From Escherichia coli (GTDB taxonomy: Bacteria; Pseudomonadota; Gammaproteobacteria; Enterobacterales; Enterobacteriaceae), in assembly GCF_048403405.1 (NCBI RefSeq), contig NZ_CP183129.1: a stretch of 64,000 nucleotides of DNA; one strand, written 5' to 3'. This document shows, in pieces, positions 34,070-44,948 of this stretch. The position numbers and the translations under genes are program-made. The first letter of the stretch is position 1, and every line of letters begins with the position of its first letter. The notes under the pieces were generated by a model. That model did no database searches and was not told the DNA's origin. It was given only the letters and a program-made list of their open reading frames with translations.

Positions 34070-34094
34070 CGATCAACTCGAATTGCTAACTTAA

Positions 34095-35990
<1,896 letters not shown>

Positions 35991-36018
35991 TAATCCTCCC
36001 GCCAGAAGAATAAAACAT

Positions 36019-36051
36019 AGCCCGGTATACAAGTGTATACCGGGCTTTTTT
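36019..36051. terminator. bidirectional intrinsic terminator between parE and TonB-dependent receptor gene
   Basis: perfect hairpin gcccggtatac-aa-gtgtataccgggc followed by tttttt. Confidence 0.75.
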
Positions 36052-36053
36052 GA

Positions 36054-38195
36054 TCAAAATTCCATTTTCACCGTGAATTGCACTTCACGCGGATCGCCAA
36101 TCTGATTCCCCAGATTATTTGTGGCGATGGAAGAGGTGTAATACGTTTTATCAAACAGGTTTTTGACGTTTAATTGCAGTGTGACCGGATACTGCAATTT
36201 CATTTTGTATGCGGCGAAGGCATCGGCAACGAAATAGCCTGGCAGATAATAGTCAGCCCCATTGGTTGCCGAACGACGGCTTACGCCATGTCCACCACCG
36301 CCAAACGTCAGTGTGTTATTGCCTGGCATGTTATGAATGTCATAGGTCAGGAATAGCGAACCGGTATGACGAGGAACATTCGGCAATGGTTTCCCTGCAT
36401 AATCAGGATCTTCCAGAACCTTAGCATCGGTATAGCCGTAGCTGGCAATGATATTAATGTTTTCAGTTAATGCTCCCGCAAGGTCGACTTCTACCCCTCT
36501 TGAACGAACGCGGCCTGCCGTTTTGGCGATGGTTTCATCACCAATACTTTCGGTATACAACACGTTACGTTTATGGATATCAAACAGCGCAATATCTGCG
36601 GTGATACCATCGAACAGCTCGAATTTTGCCCCGACTTCGTAAGCATTAGATGATTCCGGTGGAAGATCTCCGATGTAGCTGGCAATTGACGATTGCGGCA
36701 TAAATGTTTGCGAATAATTAGCAAATAAGGATACCGATGGCGTCAGTTTGTAGACTAACCCCAGTTTGGGCGTCCATTGTTCATCGCGGCTGTCAGTATT
36801 GACATTAAAAGGACGGCCTTTACCCGCATACTGCGTGTAATACTGATAGCGGATCCCGGCGACGGCAATCCAGTTATCGGTCAGATAGAGCGCGTCCTGT
36901 GCATAAGCTGAGTAGCTCTCCTGTTTGATCGTCTGATCGCTGTCCGACGCCGAGACAGTTGTGCATTTGCTGGTATTGCCGTAAACAGGGTTGTAGATAT
37001 TGAAATCTTTAGCGTTTTTACAGCGAATCATATCTGTGCGCAGAAGATCATAATATTCATATGACACCCCACCCAGAATCTCATTATAGAACCCAGCAAT
37101 ATCAACATTCCCTTGCAGATCCGCACGAGTAGCATGCATACGCTGGGTAGATCCCTGAGTTGCATCAACACGCCGTGTCAGCGTTCCTGTCGTTGCATCA
37201 TACGCGGTAACACGAGCCTGATTATCGCCGTATTTATCCTGGCTGTAGCTGTAATCAAAGCGCGCTGTCCACTGGCTATTGAGATGATATTCTGCGTTGA
37301 GTTGCGCCAGATCGGACTGACCATCTGTAATATTAAACGGTTCGTCAAAACGTATTTTTCGATCAACGTTTACGGGCTGTTTCGTCGTAAGGTCGAAAAT
37401 CGTTCCACGATCGAACGGAGTTTTATAGTCCCGATGGGAATAGAGCATGGTTACTGTTGCATTATCACCAAACCAGGTGAGTGACGGGGCAATAAATGTA
37501 CTGCGCTCTTTACCGAAGTTTCGCCAGTAATCTTCATCCTGCACTTCCCCCGTCAGGCGGTATGCCAGCTGAGTGCCTTCAATGGGACCTGTGATATCAA
37601 GTTGCCCAGTGCCTCCGCCAAAACTGGAGGACGTGGCTGAGACAGAACCATGGAATGTTTTTTCCGGGCGCTTGGTCACGACGTTAATCAATCCACCAGG
37701 ATCGAGAATGCCATACAGCGTGGAGGCCGGACCTTTTAGCACTTCCACACGTTCTGTGGCGGCGTTGAAACTGCGAGGAAGTACAGTTCGCAGGCCGTTG
37801 GTCATGATGGAGCCATCCCGGTTAGCACCAAACCCACGACGTACAAAGGCGTCCTGAGTTCCGCCTAATGTATTGGTCTGTACCACGTTACTGACGTTAT
37901 AAAGCGCTTCATCCAGCGTCGTTGCATTCTGATTTTCCAGAACCTGATCGCTAACCGTATTGACCACCTGCGGGATATCCAGCATCGGCATATCGGTTAA
38001 TGTCGCCATGGAGGTGCTCAGAGGTTGATAACCATCGGTCGCCTCAGTTGCGGTATTTGCATCCGCTGTAACAGTGATTGTTTCGCCATCTTTGGTCGTT
38101 GCAGTGTCGGTTGCATGAATCATTGGTGCTGCAAAGAGCAGTGAAAAGAGCGCCCGACCTTTGATTCCTGAGAATGAAGGTGTGAACTTAGCCAT
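36054..38195 (-). CDS. TonB-dependent outer-membrane receptor (siderophore-type)
   Basis: 713-aa ORF with signal peptide, TonB box ETITVTA, plug and 22-strand barrel, C-terminal aromatic residue (…VKMEF). Confidence 0.85.
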   Translation of the reverse strand: MAKFTPSFSGIKGRALFSLLFAAPMIHATDTATTKDGETITVTADANTATEATDGYQPLSTSMATLTDMPMLDIPQVVNTVSDQVLENQNATTLDEALYNVSNVVQTNTLGGTQDAFVRRGFGANRDGSIMTNGLRTVLPRSFNAATERVEVLKGPASTLYGILDPGGLINVVTKRPEKTFHGSVSATSSSFGGGTGQLDITGPIEGTQLAYRLTGEVQDEDYWRNFGKERSTFIAPSLTWFGDNATVTMLYSHRDYKTPFDRGTIFDLTTKQPVNVDRKIRFDEPFNITDGQSDLAQLNAEYHLNSQWTARFDYSYSQDKYGDNQARVTAYDATTGTLTRRVDATQGSTQRMHATRADLQGNVDIAGFYNEILGGVSYEYYDLLRTDMIRCKNAKDFNIYNPVYGNTSKCTTVSASDSDQTIKQESYSAYAQDALYLTDNWIAVAGIRYQYYTQYAGKGRPFNVNTDSRDEQWTPKLGLVYKLTPSVSLFANYSQTFMPQSSIASYIGDLPPESSNAYEVGAKFELFDGITADIALFDIHKRNVLYTESIGDETIAKTAGRVRSRGVEVDLAGALTENINIIASYGYTDAKVLEDPDYAGKPLPNVPRHTGSLFLTYDIHNMPGNNTLTFGGGGHGVSRRSATNGADYYLPGYFVADAFAAYKMKLQYPVTLQLNVKNLFDKTYYTSSIATNNLGNQIGDPREVQFTVKMEF

Positions 38196-38293
38196 TTAGT
38201 CTGTTATCCCAAAAACTCACGGATTGTCGTGAGTGAAAATTGTTTCTTGTTGCTCACTAAGCACTATCCGTTTGTTATTTCACCATCGGATAT

Positions 38294-38312
38294 GTAATTG
38301 AGAATCATTCAA
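38294..38312. promoter_or_regulatory. candidate Fur box in divergent promoter region
   Basis: gtaattgagaatcattcaa matches 12 of 19 positions of GATAATGATAATCATTATC. Confidence 0.35.
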
Positions 38313-38568
38313 CCATGCGGTGATGTAGTAGTAAATGAGAAATAACAAAAAATTGCTACATGTGTTTTTATGAGAGGTTAATGCAATTCAATTGATGGTA
38401 ATTTATTAATATTTAATGGTTTTATTTTTATCTTTAAAAATATTTCACCTGTTATTTACCTTGTTTTTGTATGGATTTTAACTTCTTGACTACTACATTT
38501 TGTGGCGTCAAACTCTCAAAGGAGAATGAGTTTTATTTTTGTTTGTCTTTGATTAAGTTGGCGTACAC

Positions 38569-39378
38569 GTGGCACATAACGCAAAAGGGCAGGGGCTGAT
38601 CCTCGACAATGTTTCTGCCGGGTATCACAAGAAAATCATTGTTGATGGTGTTTCTTTCTCCGTTCCCACAGAAAAAATGACCGTTCTGGTTGGGGCAAAC
38701 GGCTGTGGAAAGTCGACGTTGCTCAGCACCATTGCACGTATCTTGCAACCTATGGGCGGCTCGATATTGCTGGATGGTAAAGCGATTCACGAGCAACCAA
38801 CGAAAGCGTTATCCCGTAGACTTGGGATCTTGCCGCAGTCGCCATTATTGCCGGAGGGCTTAACCGTTTATGAACTGGTGTCGCGTGGGCGTTTTCCCTG
38901 GCAGAATTTCATTCGTCAATGGAGCGACGCCGACGAGCAGGCGGTAGAAGAGGCCCTGAAATTAACCGGTACGCAGGAGTTTGCACATTTACCTGTTGAA
39001 AAACTTTCTGGTGGGCAGCGCCAGCGTTGCTGGATTGCGATGGTGTTGGCGCAAAAGACGCCTTATATCCTGCTGGATGAACCCACAACCTGGCTTGATT
39101 TACGTTATCAGGTTGAAATTCTTGAGTTATTACATGATTTAACGCGTCATCACGGGCGTACAGTCGTCGTGGTGTTGCATGATCTGAATTTTGCCGTCAA
39201 TTATGGCGATACGTTGATATTTTTACGCCAGGGGAAAGTGGTGCGTGTGTTGAATGAGGGGGAGCATTGCACGCCTGAGCTGGTAAAAGCTGTCTTTGAC
39301 GTTGATGTTCACGCATCAATAAATCCTCTGACGGGAAAGCCGTTCTTCATGCCGTTTCGTGGTGTAGAAAAAGTATGA
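38569..39378 (+). CDS. ABC transporter ATP-binding protein (FecE/FepC-like)
   Basis: 269-aa ORF, Walker A GANGCGKST, signature LSGGQRQR, Walker B ILLDEP; apparent GTG start. Confidence 0.85.
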   Translation: MAHNAKGQGLILDNVSAGYHKKIIVDGVSFSVPTEKMTVLVGANGCGKSTLLSTIARILQPMGGSILLDGKAIHEQPTKALSRRLGILPQSPLLPEGLTVYELVSRGRFPWQNFIRQWSDADEQAVEEALKLTGTQEFAHLPVEKLSGGQRQRCWIAMVLAQKTPYILLDEPTTWLDLRYQVEILELLHDLTRHHGRTVVVVLHDLNFAVNYGDTLIFLRQGKVVRVLNEGEHCTPELVKAVFDVDVHASINPLTGKPFFMPFRGVEKV

Positions 39379-40358
39379 TGCGCACAGGGCTGGTTACTGT
39401 AATTTTCCTCGCCTTACTGCTGGTGGGATGCGTGGTATATCCAGGGATTGGTGCCCGATTTATTGCACCACAAACGGTGTTGCAGGCATTTCTTCATTTT
39501 GAACCGCAAAACTTCGATCACAACGTAATTGTAAGACTCCGTTTGCCGCGTTTAGCGGCAGCATTGCTTACCGGTGCTTCTCTTGGAGTTGCTGGTGCTT
39601 TGTTGCAGGCTGTCATTCGTAACCCATTGGGGGAGCCACATATTTTAGGCTTAAATGCCGGAGCCGCTCTTGCTGTCGTTGCTGCCACTGCGCTTGGGCT
39701 GGCCTTTCCGGTTGGACGCCCACTGCTGGCATCTACGGGCGGCGCGTTATTGTTCCTGTTGATATTGCTGCTTTCCTCCGCAGGGCGTTCAGGGTTAACG
39801 CCAATGAAAGTTACTTTATGCGGCGTGGCGCTATCGGCGTTCGTGTCCTCAATAACGGCTGCAATCCTGATTCTTGACGAACAAACACTGCTGGCGATGC
39901 GGACATGGCTAGCAGGTGATTTAGCGGGGCAGGATTGGGTGACGCTGGGTACGTCCGCCTGGTTTTCTCTGGGGGGGGTTGTGTTAGCCATTTACCTTGC
40001 GCCCTCTCTTAACATGTTGGCACTGGGTGATCGCATGGCGCAGGGGCTGGGCGTCTCGGTACTCCGCACGCGAACATTCACTCTGCTTGCGATCGCGTTG
40101 CTCTGTGGCGCAGCCGTATCGATTGCTGGCCCCATTGGTTTTGTCGGTCTGCTAGTACCGCAGATTGTCAGGCGTCTGGTATCAGCGGATCTGCGCGTTC
40201 TGCTCCCTCTTTCAGCTTGTGTCGGCGCGCTTTTGTTATTACTGGCAGATATTATTGCCCGGACGCTTTTCACGCCCCATGAGTTAGCGACCGGTGTCAT
40301 GACGGCGTTAGTTGGTGCGCCTGTTTTTGTCATTATGGCGACGAGGATGTTCAAATGA
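39375..40358 (+). CDS. ABC transporter permease (FecCD family)
   Basis: 327-aa polytopic ORF, 4-bp overlap with ATPase gene. Confidence 0.85.
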   Translation: MMRTGLVTVIFLALLLVGCVVYPGIGARFIAPQTVLQAFLHFEPQNFDHNVIVRLRLPRLAAALLTGASLGVAGALLQAVIRNPLGEPHILGLNAGAALAVVAATALGLAFPVGRPLLASTGGALLFLLILLLSSAGRSGLTPMKVTLCGVALSAFVSSITAAILILDEQTLLAMRTWLAGDLAGQDWVTLGTSAWFSLGGVVLAIYLAPSLNMLALGDRMAQGLGVSVLRTRTFTLLAIALLCGAAVSIAGPIGFVGLLVPQIVRRLVSADLRVLLPLSACVGALLLLLADIIARTLFTPHELATGVMTALVGAPVFVIMATRMFK

Positions 40359-41404
40359 GTCGGATAATGAACGTCGGGCTACGTCCACTACGTGTTGGTA
40401 AGTTTTCGACACTGGTACGCCCTAAAAATCTGGTGTTGCTTGGTGGGCTGTTTCTGTTTGCGGTTGGAATACTGATATTCGGTCTGATGCATGGTTCTTT
40501 TTCTGTCCCGGCATCGGAAGTAGGACGAGCGTTGTTTGCTCCAGAAAACGTAAGCACAGACGCACGTTATATTGTGCAGGATATTCGCTTGCCGAGAGTC
40601 ATCATGGCATTGCTATGCGGAGCCATGTTAGGTATGGCGGGGGCCGCGATGCAATCCATTGCGCGTAACGGCCTTGCCGATCCTGGTTTAATCGGCGTCA
40701 AAGAAGGATGTAGCGTGGCGGTGCTGTGGCTGATTTTCCAGTTTCCAATGCTGGGAATGTTCTGGCGTCCAGTGGCTGGTCTTGCTGGTGGCTTGTTGGT
40801 GGCTTTAATCGTGATTTTTTGTGCACGCGATATTTCCCGCCCGCGATTTGTTCTGATTGGTATTGGTGTTTCCTGGTTTTTCGCCGCCGGTATCGGTGTA
40901 TTTATGACCACTGCAGATGTTCGAGATGTACAAACTGCATTGATGTGGTTATCGGGAAGCCTGCATGCAGCTAACTGGATGTTAGTCGGTATTTCAGCCT
41001 GTTGGATGTTGCCAGCCGCTCTTTTATTGCTGTTCACCGCCAGGACGGCGGATATCGCTCTGCTTGGTCATCAGGTTGCAACCGGGTTAGGGGTGAATAG
41101 TTCTCGTCTGGCGTTGTTACGTGTCGCCGCACCAATAATCCTGACAGCCGTCTGCGTTTCGTGTGTTGGTAACATCGGTTTTGTCGGATTGATAGCACCC
41201 CATATATCACGTTTTATTCTACGTGGCGGGCAGACGACATTACTGCTGGGGAGCGCCGTATCGGGGGCGTTGTTAGTCATCCTGGCGGATAGCATTGGTC
41301 GTTTGGCTTTTTTGCCTTTGCAACTGCCTGCCGGAATCATTATTTCATTGATTGGTGGACCATTCTTTTTGCTACTGCTCTGGCAGCGCAGGAACAGTTT
41401 TTAA
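40355..41404 (+). CDS. ABC transporter permease (FecCD family), second subunit
   Basis: 349-aa polytopic ORF, 4-bp overlap with previous permease. Confidence 0.85.
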   Translation: MSRIMNVGLRPLRVGKFSTLVRPKNLVLLGGLFLFAVGILIFGLMHGSFSVPASEVGRALFAPENVSTDARYIVQDIRLPRVIMALLCGAMLGMAGAAMQSIARNGLADPGLIGVKEGCSVAVLWLIFQFPMLGMFWRPVAGLAGGLLVALIVIFCARDISRPRFVLIGIGVSWFFAAGIGVFMTTADVRDVQTALMWLSGSLHAANWMLVGISACWMLPAALLLLFTARTADIALLGHQVATGLGVNSSRLALLRVAAPIILTAVCVSCVGNIGFVGLIAPHISRFILRGGQTTLLLGSAVSGALLVILADSIGRLAFLPLQLPAGIIISLIGGPFFLLLLWQRRNSF

Positions 41405-41414
41405 TGGGAGTTAT

Positions 41415-42362
41415 ATGCGTTTATTTTTTTCTCTGCTGATACTGTTGTCATTCTTTGCCCGCGCGACAGAACCTGTTCAGGTCTTTACTGATGATTTAGG
41501 GCGCAAAGTCACTGTTCCTGCTCATCCAAAGAGAATTGTCTCTTTACACGATCTTGATATCACTATTCCTCTGATTGAGCTCGGTGTACCTCCTGTCGCC
41601 AGCCACGGACGAACCCGGCCTGACGGTAGCCATTTCATTCGATCAGGCGCGTTATTGACAGGTGTCGACTTTGATAATTCATCGATCGCTTTTATTGGCA
41701 CCGCTGATATTGATATTGAAGCGATTGTGGCGGCAAAGCCTGACCTGATCATCACAGAACCGACCCGTAATACGCCCATTGAACAACTGGAAAAAATTGC
41801 GCCCACGGTGAGCATTGATCATCTCAAAGGAGGCGCGCCAGAAATCTACCGCAAGCTGGCAGAACTTACAGGAACGCAGTCGCAGCTGGCGATACTTGAA
41901 CGCCGCTATCAGGCACAAATCAATGCGCTGAAGGCGACGCTGGACAGCCAAAAAATAACGGTATCGGTGATTCAGGCAAATCAGGGAAAAATTAATGTGA
42001 TGCATAGCTATCATTCGCTGGGGCGGGTATTACGCGATGCTGGTTTTCGCTTTCCGCCGCTGATTGAGAGCATTCCTGAAGGTGGGCGAATGGATGTGAG
42101 CGCAGAGCGTTTACCTGAACTGGATGCCGATTTTGTTTTTGCAACCTGGCGCGGTGACACCGGTGGTAAACCTCAGGATGAGCTGGCAGCAATGGAAAAA
42201 GTCATGCCGGGATGGTGTCAGTTTCTGACGGCCTGTCGTTCCGGGCGCTATGTGCTGATTTCTCGTGAAGAGGCGATTTCTAACTCCTTTGCATCTCTGG
42301 GGCTGATGGCTGCGCAGATACAATCACAAATTGCGGGACGACCTCTACCGGAGGCTAAATGA
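41415..42362 (+). CDS. periplasmic substrate-binding protein (siderophore/cobalamin-type)
   Basis: 315 aa from MRLFFSLLILLSFFARA (signal peptide) with RBS gggag; ORF track starts earlier at 41352. Confidence 0.8.
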   Translation: MRLFFSLLILLSFFARATEPVQVFTDDLGRKVTVPAHPKRIVSLHDLDITIPLIELGVPPVASHGRTRPDGSHFIRSGALLTGVDFDNSSIAFIGTADIDIEAIVAAKPDLIITEPTRNTPIEQLEKIAPTVSIDHLKGGAPEIYRKLAELTGTQSQLAILERRYQAQINALKATLDSQKITVSVIQANQGKINVMHSYHSLGRVLRDAGFRFPPLIESIPEGGRMDVSAERLPELDADFVFATWRGDTGGKPQDELAAMEKVMPGWCQFLTACRSGRYVLISREEAISNSFASLGLMAAQIQSQIAGRPLPEAK

Positions 42363-43246
42363 TCCAGAAAGACAAAACGCGGGTTGATATTTATGGTGAG
42401 CGTTTTCGCACTCGCGCGAGTCAGTTAACGCCTGGGTTAAGAACTGTCGCAAGCTACATTAATGAGCATCGTGAAGTGGTACTCGAGCAAACGGCGATGG
42501 AAATTGCGGCCACGTTGAACACTTCCGATGCCACAGTTATCAGGGCTATACAGGCTCTGGGGTTTGCCGGGCTGCGTGATCTGAAACGCACACTGGAACA
42601 GTGGCTTGGTCCAGCCCTTAGTTCCAGCGAAAAGATGTCTACGACGGTGAGTAACTTGACGAGCGATGTTAACACCGCAATCGACTTTGTTCTTGAAGGG
42701 CATTTGTATACTTGTAATGTCCTGTCAGAGCCTGAAAACCGCCACGCGCTTGCGCAAGCTGTAGCGTTGTTGGTGCAGGCACGGCAAGTCGCTATTTTTG
42801 GCATTGGCGCTTCGGGTATCCTGGCGGACTATACCGCACGACTATTCAACCGCATAGGTTTGCCTGCCACGGCACTAAACCGTACGGGTATTGGCCTTGC
42901 CGAGCAACTGATCGCGCTTCAACGTGGCGATGTTCTGATCATGATGGCGCAAAAATCTGCGCACCGGGAAGGGCTGACAACGCTTCGTGAGGCGAGGCGG
43001 CTGGGGATCCCTGTTATTTTGCTGACAAACGCGCTGGATTCACGTTTTAGCAAAGACGCCAGTATCGTGATTCATGTTCCGCGCGGGGATGAAAGGGGGA
43101 AAACGCCACTACATGGTACGGTATTGTTGTGCCTGGAAATGATTGTTTGGTCGGTGGCTTCCGCGATGCCGCAGCGTGCGGTTAAAACCATTAAGCGAAT
43201 TAACGATTTCCATCGGGGTTTGAAAACGGGAAGAAAGAATGGCTAA
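42359..43246 (+). CDS. RpiR/MurR-family transcriptional regulator (HTH_6 plus SIS domain)
   Basis: 295-aa ORF; N-terminal HTH and C-terminal sugar-isomerase (SIS) domain; start overlaps binding-protein stop (ATGA). Confidence 0.8.
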   Translation: MIQKDKTRVDIYGERFRTRASQLTPGLRTVASYINEHREVVLEQTAMEIAATLNTSDATVIRAIQALGFAGLRDLKRTLEQWLGPALSSSEKMSTTVSNLTSDVNTAIDFVLEGHLYTCNVLSEPENRHALAQAVALLVQARQVAIFGIGASGILADYTARLFNRIGLPATALNRTGIGLAEQLIALQRGDVLIMMAQKSAHREGLTTLREARRLGIPVILLTNALDSRFSKDASIVIHVPRGDERGKTPLHGTVLLCLEMIVWSVASAMPQRAVKTIKRINDFHRGLKTGRKNG

Positions 43247-43252
43247 TCTGAC

Positions 43253-43282
43253 CTGAGGCCGGTAGCAACACCGGCCTCTTTT
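43253..43282. terminator. bidirectional terminator between regulator gene and ygiN
   Basis: hairpin gaggccggtagcaacaccggcctc followed by ttttc. Confidence 0.7.
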
Positions 43283-43290
43283 CAGGAATG

Positions 43291-43605
43291 TTAAATCCCC
43301 GGTTGCAGAATACGGATATTCATCTCCAGCACGTCGCCTTTTACGGCTTCGCTGTACGCCTTCATGTGCGGGGTTTGCAGATGCGCTTCAAGATGCGCGA
43401 TGCTTTCCCACTGCTCAATCATCACGATAGAATCCGGTGCCATAGACTGGAAACTCACGCCAGCAGCGCAATCCACCATTGGCGTATAGCCGTGGCAACC
43501 TTCTTCTTTCAGTACGGTTGGAACGATTTTAGCAAACTGATCCAATACTGCCTGACGGTGATGTTGACCAGGACGAGTACGGATTTCTGCGATTACGGTA
43601 AGCAT
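43291..43605 (-). CDS. ygiN: quinol monooxygenase (ABM domain)
   Basis: 104-aa ORF, MLTVIAEIRTRPGQ. Confidence 0.9.
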   Translation of the reverse strand: MLTVIAEIRTRPGQHHRQAVLDQFAKIVPTVLKEEGCHGYTPMVDCAAGVSFQSMAPDSIVMIEQWESIAHLEAHLQTPHMKAYSEAVKGDVLEMNIRILQPGI

Positions 43606-43635
43606 GGTTAACTCCTTCTAAAGCCTGAGCTCTAG

Positions 43636-44217
43636 TTAACCAAAAATTTCCACAAGATGCTTGCGATATTCTTCAGTATAGCGGGGAACATCAGGCATTT
43701 TTATCACGTCATTAGCGATAAATGTCGGCAGCGGTTCCATGCCAAGGAATTGGTTTGCTTTATGGAACGGCAGATACACACCGTCAACGCCAACGCCGTG
43801 GAAGAACTGATCTTTTTCGGTGAAGGCTTCCATTGGTGCGTTCCAGGTCAGAGAAAGCATATATTTTTTGCCCTGTACCAGGCCGCCGGAACCGTATTTT
43901 TTCGACGGATCTTTGCGGGTACGACCATCGCTGGCATACAGCGTCCCGTGACCTTCGGTGAATACATCATCAATGTATTTTTTCACTGTCCACGGCGCGC
44001 CCATCCACCAGCCTGGCATCTGCCAGATCACCACATCAGCCCAGAGAAAGTTTTGTACTTCCGCTTTGACATCGTAGTCGCTGTCGGCGCGAACGATGCG
44101 GACATCATGCCCGAGGTCGCGCAACGTGCCATCCGCGACTTCGGTCAGGGTGTCGTTCAGTTGACCATTGGAGTGGGCGAATTTTTTCGCGCCGTTGATA
44201 ATCAGGATGTTGCTCAT
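43636..44217 (-). CDS. mdaB: NADPH:quinone oxidoreductase MdaB
   Basis: 193-aa ORF, flavodoxin-like fold, MSNILIINGAKKFAHSNGQLN. Confidence 0.92.
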   Translation of the reverse strand: MSNILIINGAKKFAHSNGQLNDTLTEVADGTLRDLGHDVRIVRADSDYDVKAEVQNFLWADVVIWQMPGWWMGAPWTVKKYIDDVFTEGHGTLYASDGRTRKDPSKKYGSGGLVQGKKYMLSLTWNAPMEAFTEKDQFFHGVGVDGVYLPFHKANQFLGMEPLPTFIANDVIKMPDVPRYTEEYRKHLVEIFG

Positions 44218-44278
44218 TTTTTAACCTCAAGGTGAGACGTTTGTCGACTATAGTACGTCACAGAGCGGTACGGTGAAA

Positions 44279-44318
44279 TTAGCAAAATGTGCAAAGTCTT
44301 TTGCTAATTTAGCAAAAG
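44279..44318. promoter_or_regulatory. palindromic operator-like motif TTAGCAAAA-N11-TTTTGCTAA plus adjacent direct repeat
   Basis: inverted repeat at 44279-44287 / 44299-44307 followed by TTTAGCAAAAG; 60-100 bp upstream of mdaB start. Confidence 0.4.
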
Positions 44319-44466
44319 TCTGATCTTGCTCTGATTCACCGATGCGGGATAAATATTTTCTGAAAATGACAATACTGAAATCAACTTCCTATAAGTTCCC
44401 ACAGGAGAGATGTATTATGTAAATGATAAAGTAGTTTTTCGGAAAAAATAATCATGGAGAATATAT

Positions 44467-44946
44467 ATGTCAAATATCATATACTTATCAATTAAAGGAA
44501 AAACACAAGGTTTGATCTCTGAGGGCTGTGGTTCGTATGCATCTATTGGTAATAAATATCAAATAAATCATGTGGATGAAATTTTTGTTTTACAGTTCGA
44601 CCATTCTTTAAGTCGAGAATATAATGTAGTGCATCATCCCATAAAATTTTACAAGCCAATAGATAAATCCTCTCCTTTATTAAATGCTGCTCTTTCTGAA
44701 AATGAAGAGTTATCAGCTGTATTTAATTTTTATAGAATTAATTCTGGCGGTTGTATTGAAAGGTTTTACACAATTGAATTGCAAGGGGCATATTTATCGA
44801 ATATTCTGACTTGTTATCCACACTCAATTACACATGCGGGTAATCAACCGGAAGAGGTCATTGTTCTTAATTATAAAAATATAACATGGAAGCACCATAT
44901 CGCGAGTACGGAATCATATAGCTGTTGGGAAGAAAGGATTTTTTAA
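44467..44946 (+). CDS. hcp: Hcp (TssD) family type VI secretion tube protein, orphan copy
   Basis: 159-aa ORF; Hcp hallmarks YLSIKGKTQGLISEG, QFDH, KPIDKSSPLLNAAL, YKNITWKH; AT-rich. Confidence 0.75.
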   Translation: MSNIIYLSIKGKTQGLISEGCGSYASIGNKYQINHVDEIFVLQFDHSLSREYNVVHHPIKFYKPIDKSSPLLNAALSENEELSAVFNFYRINSGGCIERFYTIELQGAYLSNILTCYPHSITHAGNQPEEVIVLNYKNITWKHHIASTESYSCWEERIF

Positions 44947-44948
44947 AT

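Noticed and set aside
39518..41037. Minus-strand ORFs of about 120-157 aa inside the two ABC permease genes (39518-39991, 39992-40354, 40567-41037)
   Set aside because: Antisense to hydrophobic permease coding sequence; no ribosome-binding sites; they overlap real genes entirely.
36054..43282. Possible mobile-element origin of the iron-uptake island
   Set aside because: No integrase, transposase, tRNA or flanking direct repeats were seen; boundaries fall at terminator hairpins, so it is treated as an accessory locus without evidence of autonomous mobility.
43288..43611. 107-aa plus-strand ORF
   Set aside because: Exactly antisense to ygiN, whose translation matches the ABM monooxygenase family; the plus-strand frame is an artefact.
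43657..44235. 192-aa plus-strand ORF
   Set aside because: Exactly antisense to mdaB; mdaB has clear flavodoxin-like motifs while the plus frame has none.
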